This document shows positions 40,477 to 50,425 of a DNA stretch of 64,000 nucleotides, piece by piece. A model generated the notes under the pieces. The model saw only the letters and a list, made by a program, of their open reading frames with translations. It ran no database searches and had not been told where the DNA came from. Each line of letters starts with the position of its first letter. The stretch's first letter is position 1. A program made the position numbers and the translations under genes. The DNA lies in the NCBI GenBank assembly GCA_963717435.1, contig OY970332.1:192001-256000 (forward strand), read 5' to 3'. The stretch comes from an uncultured bacterium (lineage in GTDB: Bacteria > Babelota > Babeliae > Babelales > Babelaceae).

Positions 40477-42069
40477 ATGCAAGCAAATTTTAATAAAAAG
40501 ATTCTGTGCTCTTTAATTTTAGCCTCCTGCGTGGCAAATATTGGTGCCACCGCCGCCGAAGATGATTTTGATTTAGATGAGGCATTAACGATGGAGCCGG
40601 GAGAACCAAGCAAGACCGCTCTACGTGATCCGTCAAACGATTGCCCCCCCTCCCAACTTCTTGAGCTACTTGTAAATGGCGGAGCGGTTAGCTTACTTCA
40701 AAAAAATATCTATCTAAAAACTAATCCTATTAATGTCAGAAGTTTGCTAGATATGCCCAGCTTATACCCAATAATCGACATGCGAAGCAAATGTGACAGG
40801 CTTGATCTTTATATGATCCCGTTTTATAACCAGATGTCCAAAGCGTATTATACTGAAAATAGCCCTTTTATATCCAGTTATGTTAACTTATCGGCCCAAG
40901 ATCTTATTGAGTCGTTGGGTGAAGATACTCCGTTACAAAGTGTCGGCTTTGATGAAGTTCTTGATTTATTTCAGGGGATGAAAATACAAGAGCGTCGCTT
41001 GGGTGCAATGTTTGGTATTTTCGATCAGACTGACCATTCTATATATAATATTTATTTGCCGGTTTATTATCTTGAACATAACTTTTTCTTAACTGATCAA
41101 GAAAGAAATGCCCTAATAAATTCACAATTCTTTAAAGATTACGGGATTCAGGGGGATAGCGAGGGGGAACTAAATTTTGCGTTTGATCATCTTGTTAATG
41201 ACAGACTTGGAATTGGGGATACTCGCGTTGATATAAAAACGATAGCCCATGAAGGGGAAAATCTTAATGTTTGGGTGGGCATGCAAGCCACAATACCAAC
41301 TGCGATGACATTCAAAGATGGAGTAATGGGCGCCGTATTTAATCCAGCATGCGTGTTTCCGCAGTTTAACTTAACCGAAGTCATGACAGGCGTAGTTTGC
41401 AACAAACCAGGCACTTATGCCTTCCAACAGGCGAAACAACAGGGCGTAGACCTGATGGTGGGAGCAGTTGACAGACTTTCAGCTATGTTAATAAATGTCC
41501 CGATGGGTAATCGTGGACACTTAGGATTGGCCCCACAAATAACATTTGATCAAAGAGTCGGATGCAATTCAACACTTATAACCAATATTTGTCTTGAATA
41601 TTTTTTTGGCGCAAAGGAAGAACGCTTTTTCCTAGTTAATAAAGATAATATTAATTTTAATAGAAATTATAGTGACGACTCACAAGCACTTGCTAACCTG
41701 AACTTTCTTTCGGACCAGATAATTAATACTCTGTTTCCTAAAGTTTGTGAGGTTAGGGTTACTCCAGGGTATCTTTTGAAATTTAACGAAAAGTTTCAAC
41801 ATAATACAGAAAGATGGGATTTTATATTCGAGTTTGATTTCTGGAGACAGGCCCAAGAGAAGGTTGATCTGCAAAACAATCTTCTTGATTGCTCAAAGGG
41901 CATAAAGCCGGCAGCTTATCAGGGCAAACTTGTTGGACAATGCGTATATAATTTCCGATCAGACAGATCGGGCAATGGGAAATTTGGCTTAACCGGAGAT
42001 GTTACAATATTTAATAAGGGCATAGGAAAAGACTTCACTGTAGGTTTTTATGCCTCAATGGATTTCTAG
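40477..42069 (+). CDS. Exported hypothetical protein, possible outer-membrane protein
   Basis: Signal peptide; GIGD..V and TIPTA motifs; C-terminal Phe. Confidence 0.7.
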   Translation: MQANFNKKILCSLILASCVANIGATAAEDDFDLDEALTMEPGEPSKTALRDPSNDCPPSQLLELLVNGGAVSLLQKNIYLKTNPINVRSLLDMPSLYPIIDMRSKCDRLDLYMIPFYNQMSKAYYTENSPFISSYVNLSAQDLIESLGEDTPLQSVGFDEVLDLFQGMKIQERRLGAMFGIFDQTDHSIYNIYLPVYYLEHNFFLTDQERNALINSQFFKDYGIQGDSEGELNFAFDHLVNDRLGIGDTRVDIKTIAHEGENLNVWVGMQATIPTAMTFKDGVMGAVFNPACVFPQFNLTEVMTGVVCNKPGTYAFQQAKQQGVDLMVGAVDRLSAMLINVPMGNRGHLGLAPQITFDQRVGCNSTLITNICLEYFFGAKEERFFLVNKDNINFNRNYSDDSQALANLNFLSDQIINTLFPKVCEVRVTPGYLLKFNEKFQHNTERWDFIFEFDFWRQAQEKVDLQNNLLDCSKGIKPAAYQGKLVGQCVYNFRSDRSGNGKFGLTGDVTIFNKGIGKDFTVGFYASMDF

Positions 42070-42138
42070 GGATTTTTAAGTAATATATTTTTTAAGTCAG
42101 TTAAACTTTACTAAACTTTACTATAGGAAAAAGAAAGT

Positions 42139-42855
42139 ATGATAAGTCTAAATTTTCAAAACAGATTGGCTCTATTAATTGCGATAGTTTTTTTATCGGG
42201 AAACAGTAATCTGATTTCAAACGACTCAGGCACCGACGCATCTGCGGGGGTTAAGCACCAAAAATATATAAAATTACAGGACCCGCTTTTACACACCATA
42301 GACGGAATGCCGAGCCCACTAGGCATAGATGCTGACGCCATTAAAAATATAATTCAAGTATTACAGTCTGCAAAAAGCATGCTCTTTGGGTTAAAGCCGA
42401 AACATTCTGATGGAAGCGCAGGTGAAAAATCTGGTGATTATAGATATAAAGATACTAACTGCACCTTGATGGAGCTTGTTGAATTTGAAAAACATGCCAA
42501 AGCAACAAATAATAGTGCCGATCTTGCTGAACTTAACAAAGTTTTTTCACAAGCAAAATCTGACTTTATGAACTTAACAAAACCTTTTATCGGCGATATT
42601 TCTGTTCCCGCCGTAAAAGACTACATGACAAAACTGATCAATGAATCATGTCGTGAAAGAAAACGTCACGACAGTTACTTGTTAACTTGGTCAAGACAAG
42701 ATGGAACAGATATTGCTGTAATGGACAGGGACATTAAAGATATACAAACATTTGCTTTATTTACTTCAGATTTATGCAATTTCTTGGGTGATTTATTACA
42801 CAGTTGCCCTAGAGGTTTCAAAAAATATAAAGAGAAATATTTGCCTAAAAACTAA
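42139..42855 (+). CDS. Exported hypothetical protein
   Basis: 238-aa ORF with signal-like N-terminus; DLLHSCPRG. Confidence 0.7.
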   Translation: MISLNFQNRLALLIAIVFLSGNSNLISNDSGTDASAGVKHQKYIKLQDPLLHTIDGMPSPLGIDADAIKNIIQVLQSAKSMLFGLKPKHSDGSAGEKSGDYRYKDTNCTLMELVEFEKHAKATNNSADLAELNKVFSQAKSDFMNLTKPFIGDISVPAVKDYMTKLINESCRERKRHDSYLLTWSRQDGTDIAVMDRDIKDIQTFALFTSDLCNFLGDLLHSCPRGFKKYKEKYLPKN

Positions 42856-42886
42856 TTATAATTAAATAGTTTTTATAGTTTTTATT

Positions 42887-42915
42887 ATAGCCAGGATTTC
42901 TCCTGGCTATTTTAT
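42887..42915 (+). terminator. Intrinsic terminator
   Basis: atagccagga-tttc-tcctggctat followed by a T-run. Confidence 0.75.
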
Positions 42916-42959
42916 TGCTATTTTATTTTAAATTTTAAATAAAACTGTAAACTGATTTT

Positions 42960-45155
42960 ATGGACCAAATAGAAACCACAATTAGTGGGACGATAGAAAA
43001 ATTTATATACCAAAATTCCGAAAATGGTTTCTCAATATTTGTTATCAAGTCTTATCACGAAGACATAACAGTAACAGGATATTTGCCGCAAATTCAGGCC
43101 GGGCAGGAAGTTAAACTTAACGGAGCCTGGGGATTTCACAAAAAATTTGGCAAACAGTTTCAGGCCAAAAGTTGCGTCACCAATTTGCCCGCTACAATTA
43201 CTGGTTTAAAAAAATATTTAGGCTCAGGTCTTATTAAGGGCATCGGTAAAACTTATGCTGAAAATTTGGTTAACAAATTTGGCATAGACACTTTAAAAAT
43301 TATAGATGAACAGCCAGAGAGATTAAAAGAAGTTGCCGGTATAGGAGAAAAAAGAGTAGAGATAATAATAAATGCTTGGAAAGATCAAAAAGAGATTTCA
43401 AATATTATGGTCTTTTTGCAAGACAAGGGAATCTCTGCAAACTATTCTACAAAAATATATAAGCAATATAAGAGCGAAGCGATAGCGATTTTACTTGAAA
43501 ACCCATATAGACTAGCAACAGAGATATGGGGAATAGGTTTTAAAAGTGCCGACGAGATAGCAAAAAAATTGGGGTTCCCGTTAAACTCTCCAAAAAGAAT
43601 ACAAGCTGGGATCTGCTTTACTATTACAACTGCCGCACAAAATGGGCATTTGTATGTCGAACTTAACGAGCTAAAAGAAAAAACTATAGAAATTTTGGAA
43701 CTTCAAAATCTTGAAGCTGATCAACTTAAAAGTTTATTAAAATCATGTTTTATCGATCTTTATGATAAAACTGTAATTAAGCTTATAACTTATCAAGATA
43801 CGCATTATGTTACTCTTTCCCAGTATTATTTTTCTGAAAGTTCTGTCGCAAATAAGATAAAAAATCTGTTGCAATATAAAAGTGTATTAGATTTTGATAT
43901 CAACAAAATTTATGACACATTAAGAACAGAAACATCTGGAACTATTAACCTGAACGAAGATCAACAGCGGGGAATAATAACTACGCTACAAAGCAAAGTT
44001 ACTGTTATTACCGGCGGACCTGGAACCGGTAAAACTACGTTGATTAAAAAACTACTTGGTGTCTTGGATCAAAATAGAGTTTCTTATAAACTTGCAGCGC
44101 CTACAGGAAGAGCAGCAAAAAGAATAACTGAGGGCACAGGAAAAATAGCGCTGACAATTCACAGATTACTAGAATTTGATCCTATAAATATGGGTTTTAC
44201 CCACAATGAGCGCAACGCTCTTAAATTAGACTTTTTGATTATAGACGAAGCGTCTATGATCGATATTTTTCTTGCAAACTCGGTTTTAAAAGCTTTGCCG
44301 CATCATGCGCATTTGCTATTAATCGGGGATATTGACCAGCTACCATCTGTTGGGGCCGGAAATTTTTTGAACGACATAATATCAAGCGAACAGGTGCCGT
44401 GCGTAAGATTAACCCAGATATTCAGGCAGGCAAAAGATAGTTTGATTATTGTAAACGCCCATAAAATAAATAAAGGCGAATTCCCGGTATCTTTATTGCC
44501 CGATGCAAAAAAAGATTTTATTTTTATAAAAGAAGAAAATCCTGAAAAAGTTTCAGGGATCTTGCAAAATCTTCTCACGACAACTTTAAAAAAGCATAAT
44601 ATCCCACTTTCAGATTCTATAGTTTTAACACCCATGAATAGGGGCATTGTTGGCACACATGGGATAAACCATGAGATGCAAGCTTTTTTAAACCCGGCCG
44701 ATATCAACAAATCTGAAATTGCCCATTTTGGAGTTGTTTTTAGAGTTGCAGATAGAGTGATGCAGATAAGAAATAATTATGATAAAATTGTATTTAATGG
44801 GGATATTGGCTTTATCGAATCTATAGATAAAGAAGATAAAATCTTGAGAGTTAACTATCAAGATAGAATTGTCGAATATGATTTTGATGAGCTTAACGAA
44901 ATAGTTTTAGCTTACGCTATATCTATTCACAAGAGCCAGGGGTCTGAATACGGCGCCGTTATTATTCCAATTTTTATGCAGCACTTTATGTTACTACAGA
45001 GAAATTTGATATATACGGGCATAACAAGAGCTAAGAAACTCTGCATCTTTATTGGTCAGCCCAAAGCACTGGCTATTGGTATCAGAAATAATCAGGGCAA
45101 AAAGCGAATAACTTTTTTAAAGCAGTTTTTAAATGGCGAATTAGCAGTAATTTAA
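42960..45155 (+). CDS. recD2: ATP-dependent RecD-like DNA helicase
   Basis: IKGIG HhH motif, GIGFKSAD, TGGPGTGKT, DEASM, GDIDQLPSVG, HKSQGSEY. Confidence 0.95.
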   Translation: MDQIETTISGTIEKFIYQNSENGFSIFVIKSYHEDITVTGYLPQIQAGQEVKLNGAWGFHKKFGKQFQAKSCVTNLPATITGLKKYLGSGLIKGIGKTYAENLVNKFGIDTLKIIDEQPERLKEVAGIGEKRVEIIINAWKDQKEISNIMVFLQDKGISANYSTKIYKQYKSEAIAILLENPYRLATEIWGIGFKSADEIAKKLGFPLNSPKRIQAGICFTITTAAQNGHLYVELNELKEKTIEILELQNLEADQLKSLLKSCFIDLYDKTVIKLITYQDTHYVTLSQYYFSESSVANKIKNLLQYKSVLDFDINKIYDTLRTETSGTINLNEDQQRGIITTLQSKVTVITGGPGTGKTTLIKKLLGVLDQNRVSYKLAAPTGRAAKRITEGTGKIALTIHRLLEFDPINMGFTHNERNALKLDFLIIDEASMIDIFLANSVLKALPHHAHLLLIGDIDQLPSVGAGNFLNDIISSEQVPCVRLTQIFRQAKDSLIIVNAHKINKGEFPVSLLPDAKKDFIFIKEENPEKVSGILQNLLTTTLKKHNIPLSDSIVLTPMNRGIVGTHGINHEMQAFLNPADINKSEIAHFGVVFRVADRVMQIRNNYDKIVFNGDIGFIESIDKEDKILRVNYQDRIVEYDFDELNEIVLAYAISIHKSQGSEYGAVIIPIFMQHFMLLQRNLIYTGITRAKKLCIFIGQPKALAIGIRNNQGKKRITFLKQFLNGELAVI

Positions 45156-45172
45156 TTTTTTAATAAATTTTT

Positions 45173-46024
45173 ATGAACAAGCTTAAAATTATATTATTTT
45201 TTTTATTATTTTTGTTTTCAAATACTAACTCACGAGCAATCGAAGTTGTTATAGAAGATAATTTAACTAGCGATGTTTCTGGCACTATTTCTGAAGAGCC
45301 AGAAAATATCTCAGAAAATAACCCAGAATCAGCACCAGAACTAGTAGAAATAGAAAATCAAGAGATATTACAAGAATCCCCAAATATAAAACTTAAAAAC
45401 AAAATAACTACAGTTATGCTTAACCCAGCGGGGGATGCGCAAAATACGGGCAAAATAATTGGCGATGGCTTTGAGCGTAATTTAACCCTACAAATTGCAC
45501 AGGAAATAGAGAACTTTTTCAAATATGACGGCTCAACCAAAATAATATTATCACGATCAGCAGGAGAGAGCCTAGAACCGCTTCAGAATATATCTTTTGC
45601 AAATAGGCTTAATATAGATTTTTATTTAGATATAAACGTGGCCCAGAATAGTCTTGAAGATAAAAATCAAAATTTTGATAACAATAAAAAAATATTTATT
45701 TATTATCATATAATAAATCCAGTAGAAGACAGGTGGCCGAAAAAATTTGATAATCTGTCTTTAATATCGATCGATCAAATCTATCTTAAGAATATTTCCA
45801 AAACTATAGATTTTGCTGATATTTTTTCAAAGACTTTAAAAAATTACACAAAAAAAATATCGGTATATAGCGGTGGTCCCATAGGCGTGCCTTTAAAATC
45901 ACTTCTAGGGCTAAACTGCCCGGCAATATCATGCGAAATTTTAGTTAACTCTAAGTTTGATATAAAAGAGTTTATTGAACCCATTTGCCAAGCAATAAAA
46001 AAAATAACCGAGCAAATTTCATGA
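45173..46024 (+). CDS. N-acetylmuramoyl-L-alanine amidase-like protein (Amidase_3), degenerate
   Basis: VMLNPAG, ERNLTL, ILSR, FANRLN.D, PAISCE. Confidence 0.7.
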   Translation: MNKLKIILFFLLFLFSNTNSRAIEVVIEDNLTSDVSGTISEEPENISENNPESAPELVEIENQEILQESPNIKLKNKITTVMLNPAGDAQNTGKIIGDGFERNLTLQIAQEIENFFKYDGSTKIILSRSAGESLEPLQNISFANRLNIDFYLDINVAQNSLEDKNQNFDNNKKIFIYYHIINPVEDRWPKKFDNLSLISIDQIYLKNISKTIDFADIFSKTLKNYTKKISVYSGGPIGVPLKSLLGLNCPAISCEILVNSKFDIKEFIEPICQAIKKITEQIS

Positions 46025-46572
46025 AGACAAGAAAACTATTATTTTGGGTATTAATATTCTTTTCTGGAATATTATTTTATGGCTTTTATAATAATATTAT
46101 AATAATAAGACTCCCAGAAAAGCTTAAATTAAATAATATACAGAAGCCCAATCAGAAAAAACTAACAAACTTTTTTATCTGGCAAAATAACAAGTGGCAC
46201 ACAGAAGATGCTGAGATTATCTGGTCCGACTCTCTTTCTGAAACTATAAATAATATCTTAGTAAACTGGCTAATAATTAATTACGAATTTAATAAAGACT
46301 TTGAAAAAAACTTCAAACAGGTCAGCATTCAGACAGTTATGCTAGATTCTGACAAAAAATATGCTTATATAAATTTTGATAAAAATCCCATAAACAAGCA
46401 CTGGCCAATCTATAAAAAAATTAAATTTATAGAATCGATTTTAAAGACTTTGCACGAGAATAAAATCAAAATTCAGGGATTATACTTTTTGGTCAATCAC
46501 AAATTTTTGGAAGACTCGCACTTAGACTTCTCCCACGCCTGGCCAATTACCGGGTATACTGAAAATATTTAA
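46021..46572 (+). CDS. Membrane-anchored protein, GerMN-like
   Basis: N-terminal TM; AYINFD, SILKTL and YFLVN pattern; start overlaps the amidase stop (ATGA). Confidence 0.55.
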   Translation: MKTRKLLFWVLIFFSGILFYGFYNNIIIIRLPEKLKLNNIQKPNQKKLTNFFIWQNNKWHTEDAEIIWSDSLSETINNILVNWLIINYEFNKDFEKNFKQVSIQTVMLDSDKKYAYINFDKNPINKHWPIYKKIKFIESILKTLHENKIKIQGLYFLVNHKFLEDSHLDFSHAWPITGYTENI

Positions 46573-46623
46573 TCTCTGTTGAGTTTTTAAATTTAACGAA
46601 TTTAAGCAAAATAATTTCACACA

Positions 46624-46780
46624 CCGCTCGTCCCGAGTGTTTTTTCGTAGCGATAGCGAAGAAAAAATGTATCGAGGGATGGCGGTGAATACTAACATCA
46701 TAAATAATTTATCTACGGTAATGGCTCATCCCTCGATACAATCACCTCACTGCGTTTCGGTGATCACTCGGGACGAGCGG
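46624..46780. repeat. Composite palindromic element, opposite orientation to 1742-1904
   Basis: Same two arms (cgtagcgatagcgaag loop and gatcaccg..ggtgatt loop) in reverse-complement order. Confidence 0.9.
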
Positions 46781-46799
46781 TCGAGAGAAATTGCCGCGA

Positions 46800-48434
46800 T
46801 CAAATATCCTTTTCTAAATATTTTACAGCATCGCCAGTTGTATTAAAAACAAGTTTTTTGGATTCTAGTTTTTCGAATTTTCGTGATGCCTGAAGCATGT
46901 TTTTGATATACAAATTATTACTTACGACAGCAACTTTTTGCTTCTTCTTTTCAATTATTTCGATAATCTCGTCAATTGCATCAATACCATCAAGATCTAT
47001 ATAAAAAATATCTGATAAAATTAAAATTACCCCAGAGTACTCAGAAAAATCAGACTCGAATCGCAAAATATGTCCCTGGGCGTTCAAATAAACAAGCTCA
47101 CCTTTTATTGTGTACTCTAATATATTTTTTTTCTTGCCAGCGAGTTTTACAGATCCGGTAGAATCTTCTTGAATATTATCTTGCAAAATATTTTCATGAA
47201 TCTTTGTCTCATAAAAACTTGTTGCTATCTGGTTTGATAATGCAAGCAATGCTATAACAGTCCCTGATAAAATCCCCAAAATCGGATCCTCGTATATTGT
47301 CAAAAATGCGACAAGCAAAGAGATAATAAAGTTTGTTTTGTCGTGTAAGTATAGTCTCTCAAAATGCTCACGCCCGATCATGCCAACAGCAACATTAACT
47401 AATATTGCAGCTATAACCGCCATGGGGATATATCTAAAATAAGATAAAAACAGAAAAGCGCCTGCTGCCATAAACAAACTACAAAATGTTGCTGAAATTT
47501 TATCAGTTGCACCAGATTTGATATTAAAAGATGTACGCGCCAATGCAGCCGTTGCCGGGATGCCGCCGAATAACCCAGAAACTATATTGGCAAGTGAAAG
47601 ACCGAACATCTCTCGTCTGACATTAAATTTGGTCTTTGTAGCAGCATCAGCTATCTTGGCTGACAAAAGTGTTTCTAATATTGCAATAATTGCAACAACT
47701 ACTGCTGTAGTAAATAAAGTTTTTGTAATAATAATAGATTTTATATCAAATAATACTGGCTTAATTTCTCCAAATTTATCCCCCAAAGTTTCGATACTTA
47801 TAGACACCAATTTATTATTAGTTAAGTAACCCAAAAATATTCCAATAGGGGACATGACTAATGCGCCGGGCACATTGGGCAAGATAATGCGCAAAATAAT
47901 AAGTGCTACAAAAAAAGCAGAAAAAATTAGAAAAGTAATACCCGAAAAATCAGCTATATGCGAAAAAGATTCAAAAACATTTTCTATAAATTTTTCATGC
48001 TTGGGCAAATTTTGTAACCCTAAAGCAAAATTAAACTGATTTAAGATTAATATAAGAGCTATACCCAAAGTAAAGCCGTGAATTACACTTGATGGGACAA
48101 AAAACAGATATTTTTCTAATTTAATTAAATAAGCTAAAAATATTAGTATCCCAGACACTATTGCAAGTGTCGCAACAGCCGCGGGCCCGTTAATTAACGC
48201 ATATGAGGCAATAACCCCGGACAGTGCGCCTGTAACGCCAACAATATTATAATTGCTTCCACCAAATAAAGACGCTATCAGCGCGGCCCATATTGCGGTA
48301 ATTAAACCTGTTGTCGGGCTAACGCCTGATGCAACTGCTAATGGTATAGAAAGTGGCATCGAAACCAAAGATACGGTTAAGCCTGACTTTAAGTTTGTTT
48401 TTATTAAATCAGAATCGAAAAATTTTCGCGCCAT
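46800..48434 (-). CDS. SulP family anion transporter with STAS domain
   Basis: SGLTVSLVSMPLS, GLIT, ETLLSA, GGIPATAALART; STAS-like YIDLDG. Confidence 0.93.
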   Translation of the reverse strand: MARKFFDSDLIKTNLKSGLTVSLVSMPLSIPLAVASGVSPTTGLITAIWAALIASLFGGSNYNIVGVTGALSGVIASYALINGPAAVATLAIVSGILIFLAYLIKLEKYLFFVPSSVIHGFTLGIALILILNQFNFALGLQNLPKHEKFIENVFESFSHIADFSGITFLIFSAFFVALIILRIILPNVPGALVMSPIGIFLGYLTNNKLVSISIETLGDKFGEIKPVLFDIKSIIITKTLFTTAVVVAIIAILETLLSAKIADAATKTKFNVRREMFGLSLANIVSGLFGGIPATAALARTSFNIKSGATDKISATFCSLFMAAGAFLFLSYFRYIPMAVIAAILVNVAVGMIGREHFERLYLHDKTNFIISLLVAFLTIYEDPILGILSGTVIALLALSNQIATSFYETKIHENILQDNIQEDSTGSVKLAGKKKNILEYTIKGELVYLNAQGHILRFESDFSEYSGVILILSDIFYIDLDGIDAIDEIIEIIEKKKQKVAVVSNNLYIKNMLQASRKFEKLESKKLVFNTTGDAVKYLEKDI

Positions 48435-48527
48435 AATAATTTTGAACTTTCAATTAATTTTCTGTTTTAGTTAGTTAATTTAATTTTGGGGCTTATAATT
48501 TTTTTTACAAGCAAATAATTAATTTGG

Positions 48528-48800
48528 CTATATATTTTGCAGGTGCAGCCTAATTGCATCAAACTCTCTACGTAACTCTTTTTCCGTATAACCAACTAAT
48601 TTGTGATATTTGCCATTTATAATTATACCAGGTGTTGAGATAACCTGATATTTAGCCATTAGATCTTGGCCGGTTATTGAATTTGAATCAACTTCTTGCG
48701 TTACCAACTCAGGATAAGCCTGCTTTAACATGTCCAACAAATGTCGAACTTTGATGCAACGTTCACAACCCACGGTGGTCAAAAGTGTTACACGAATCAT
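48528..48800 (-). CDS. Glutaredoxin/thioredoxin-like protein
   Basis: CERC motif, STPGIIING. Confidence 0.82.
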   Translation of the reverse strand: MIRVTLLTTVGCERCIKVRHLLDMLKQAYPELVTQEVDSNSITGQDLMAKYQVISTPGIIINGKYHKLVGYTEKELRREFDAIRLHLQNI

Positions 48801-48950
48801 AAAATTTCTCCCAAAATTTTTAAATTACATAACAATATTGTGAATCAAGTTTGGCCACTTTTGCAAGAAGAAATAAATTTTTGACTTTTTAATATAACTA
48901 AACTAAGTATTTATATTAGTTTATTTTTTTATTTTAAAAGGGAGAAGAAT

Positions 48951-49154
48951 ATGGAACTAAGAGAAAACAAAGACTTTATCAAAGGGTCGTTACTAATTCT
49001 TACCGGGGTTGCGTTGCTTTTACACACCCTTGGTGCCTTTCAAGCAATCTTATATTACGTTCTTATCGCGATCAGCATAACTTTGATAACCTACGGCGTG
49101 TTCAGAGCAAAATTGATCCAAGAACTTTCAAGAATGATCGACAAAAGAAAGTAA
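48951..49154 (+). CDS. Small 2-TM membrane protein
   Basis: GGAG RBS and two hydrophobic helices. Confidence 0.65.
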   Translation: MELRENKDFIKGSLLILTGVALLLHTLGAFQAILYYVLIAISITLITYGVFRAKLIQELSRMIDKRK

Positions 49155-49179
49155 TTTTTTCTAAAATTTTGCTTTTAAA

Positions 49180-49206
49180 AAAGCCGCTGATATTTGCAGC
49201 GGCTTT
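49180..49206. terminator. Likely bidirectional terminator
   Basis: aaagccgctg...cagcggcttt between convergent genes. Confidence 0.7.
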
Positions 49207-49239
49207 AGTTCTCTAAAATTTATTTTTTATAAAATATAA

Positions 49240-50277
49240 CTAATCTTGTTCTTCTTTACTTTCTTTGCCAGTAACAACTTTTTTGCTCTTACTCTGTTTT
49301 TGATTTTTTATAGCTTCATCCATCATCTTTTTCATTTCATTAAGATCTTTTAAAACTTCCGGCATATAAAAGCCAGTATAATATTTAAGCTTGTCAATCT
49401 TACCCATTTTATCTTCAACTTCTTTAATAGCAAATGAAATTGAATCAATCGAATCATGCGGCTCGTGTAAAATTTTGCCGTTAAGCGAGAGGTTTACTTT
49501 GTATACAGATAAAGGATCGGCACCGTATTTTAATAAAATAGCTAAAGTATCAATATATTTATGGATACTTAAATTTTCTTCTGCCCCCTCTGTTACAACA
49601 TTGTCCACGAAACAATGGAATAGAGACAACTCTTCATTCCCAATTTGTACTAAAAAATTCGGATCAGACGAAAATTCTAGCGTCTTCTTAAGACGATCTA
49701 TATCATTATCGAATAGGTAATGTCTCGAGGTCTCAAATAGTTCCTGCTTTGTATATTTAAACTTAGCCCAATTATAAGCTTTTAATTTTGATACCGTTTC
49801 AAATAAATCAATCAAGGTAGGATAGGTTCCAAGCTTATCCCTTAAGATTTTATTCAATACGTCAGCCTTAAACTGCTCGTAGCTGTAATTTTTTTTGCCC
49901 TCTTCAACACCAGTTTTATCAATCAAACTCTGAAGAGCCTTTCTTAATCCGGCCTGATCTTGAACTTTTTTAAGATCGATTTCGGCTCTAGATTCAGAAT
50001 CTTTTGCTCTAGGTTCTTTTGCCTTTTTAGGATACATCATCAAATCCGTGATCCTAAATATTTCTGCTTCTGTTTTGCCAAACGGATTAATCAAACCTAA
50101 CTCTGTAATTTGGGTCCAAATATTTTGCGGCAATGGCTTTGTTGCTTGTCCCCCAAGTTTACCGCCACCAATATAACTTGCAGGTTTGTATTTTCCTGGA
50201 CTTTCGCCCTCTTCCATAGAGACAGAATCGATAAATATTACGCTTGAAATTAGAACAAGATATATTAAATTTTTCAT
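49240..50277 (-). CDS. Exported ankyrin-like protein
   Basis: Signal peptide ending VSMEE; ILLKYGADP; shared family N-domain. Confidence 0.75.
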   Translation of the reverse strand: MKNLIYLVLISSVIFIDSVSMEEGESPGKYKPASYIGGGKLGGQATKPLPQNIWTQITELGLINPFGKTEAEIFRITDLMMYPKKAKEPRAKDSESRAEIDLKKVQDQAGLRKALQSLIDKTGVEEGKKNYSYEQFKADVLNKILRDKLGTYPTLIDLFETVSKLKAYNWAKFKYTKQELFETSRHYLFDNDIDRLKKTLEFSSDPNFLVQIGNEELSLFHCFVDNVVTEGAEENLSIHKYIDTLAILLKYGADPLSVYKVNLSLNGKILHEPHDSIDSISFAIKEVEDKMGKIDKLKYYTGFYMPEVLKDLNEMKKMMDEAIKNQKQSKSKKVVTGKESKEEQD

Positions 50278-50425
50278 GAATCCCCCCCCAAAAATACAAA
50301 ATTACAAAAGTATAATAACTAAATTTACAAAAGACTTAGCTTATAAAATAAGTTAAGCAAATTTTGATACAAATAGTCAATACAAATATATAAAAATATA
50401 TTTTGCAAATTAGTGAATAACTAGT

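Noticed and set aside
1742-46780. Palindromic units as CRISPR repeats or integron attC sites
   Set aside because: They are dispersed rather than arrayed, lack consistent RYYYAAC/GTTRRRY ends, and no integrase is present
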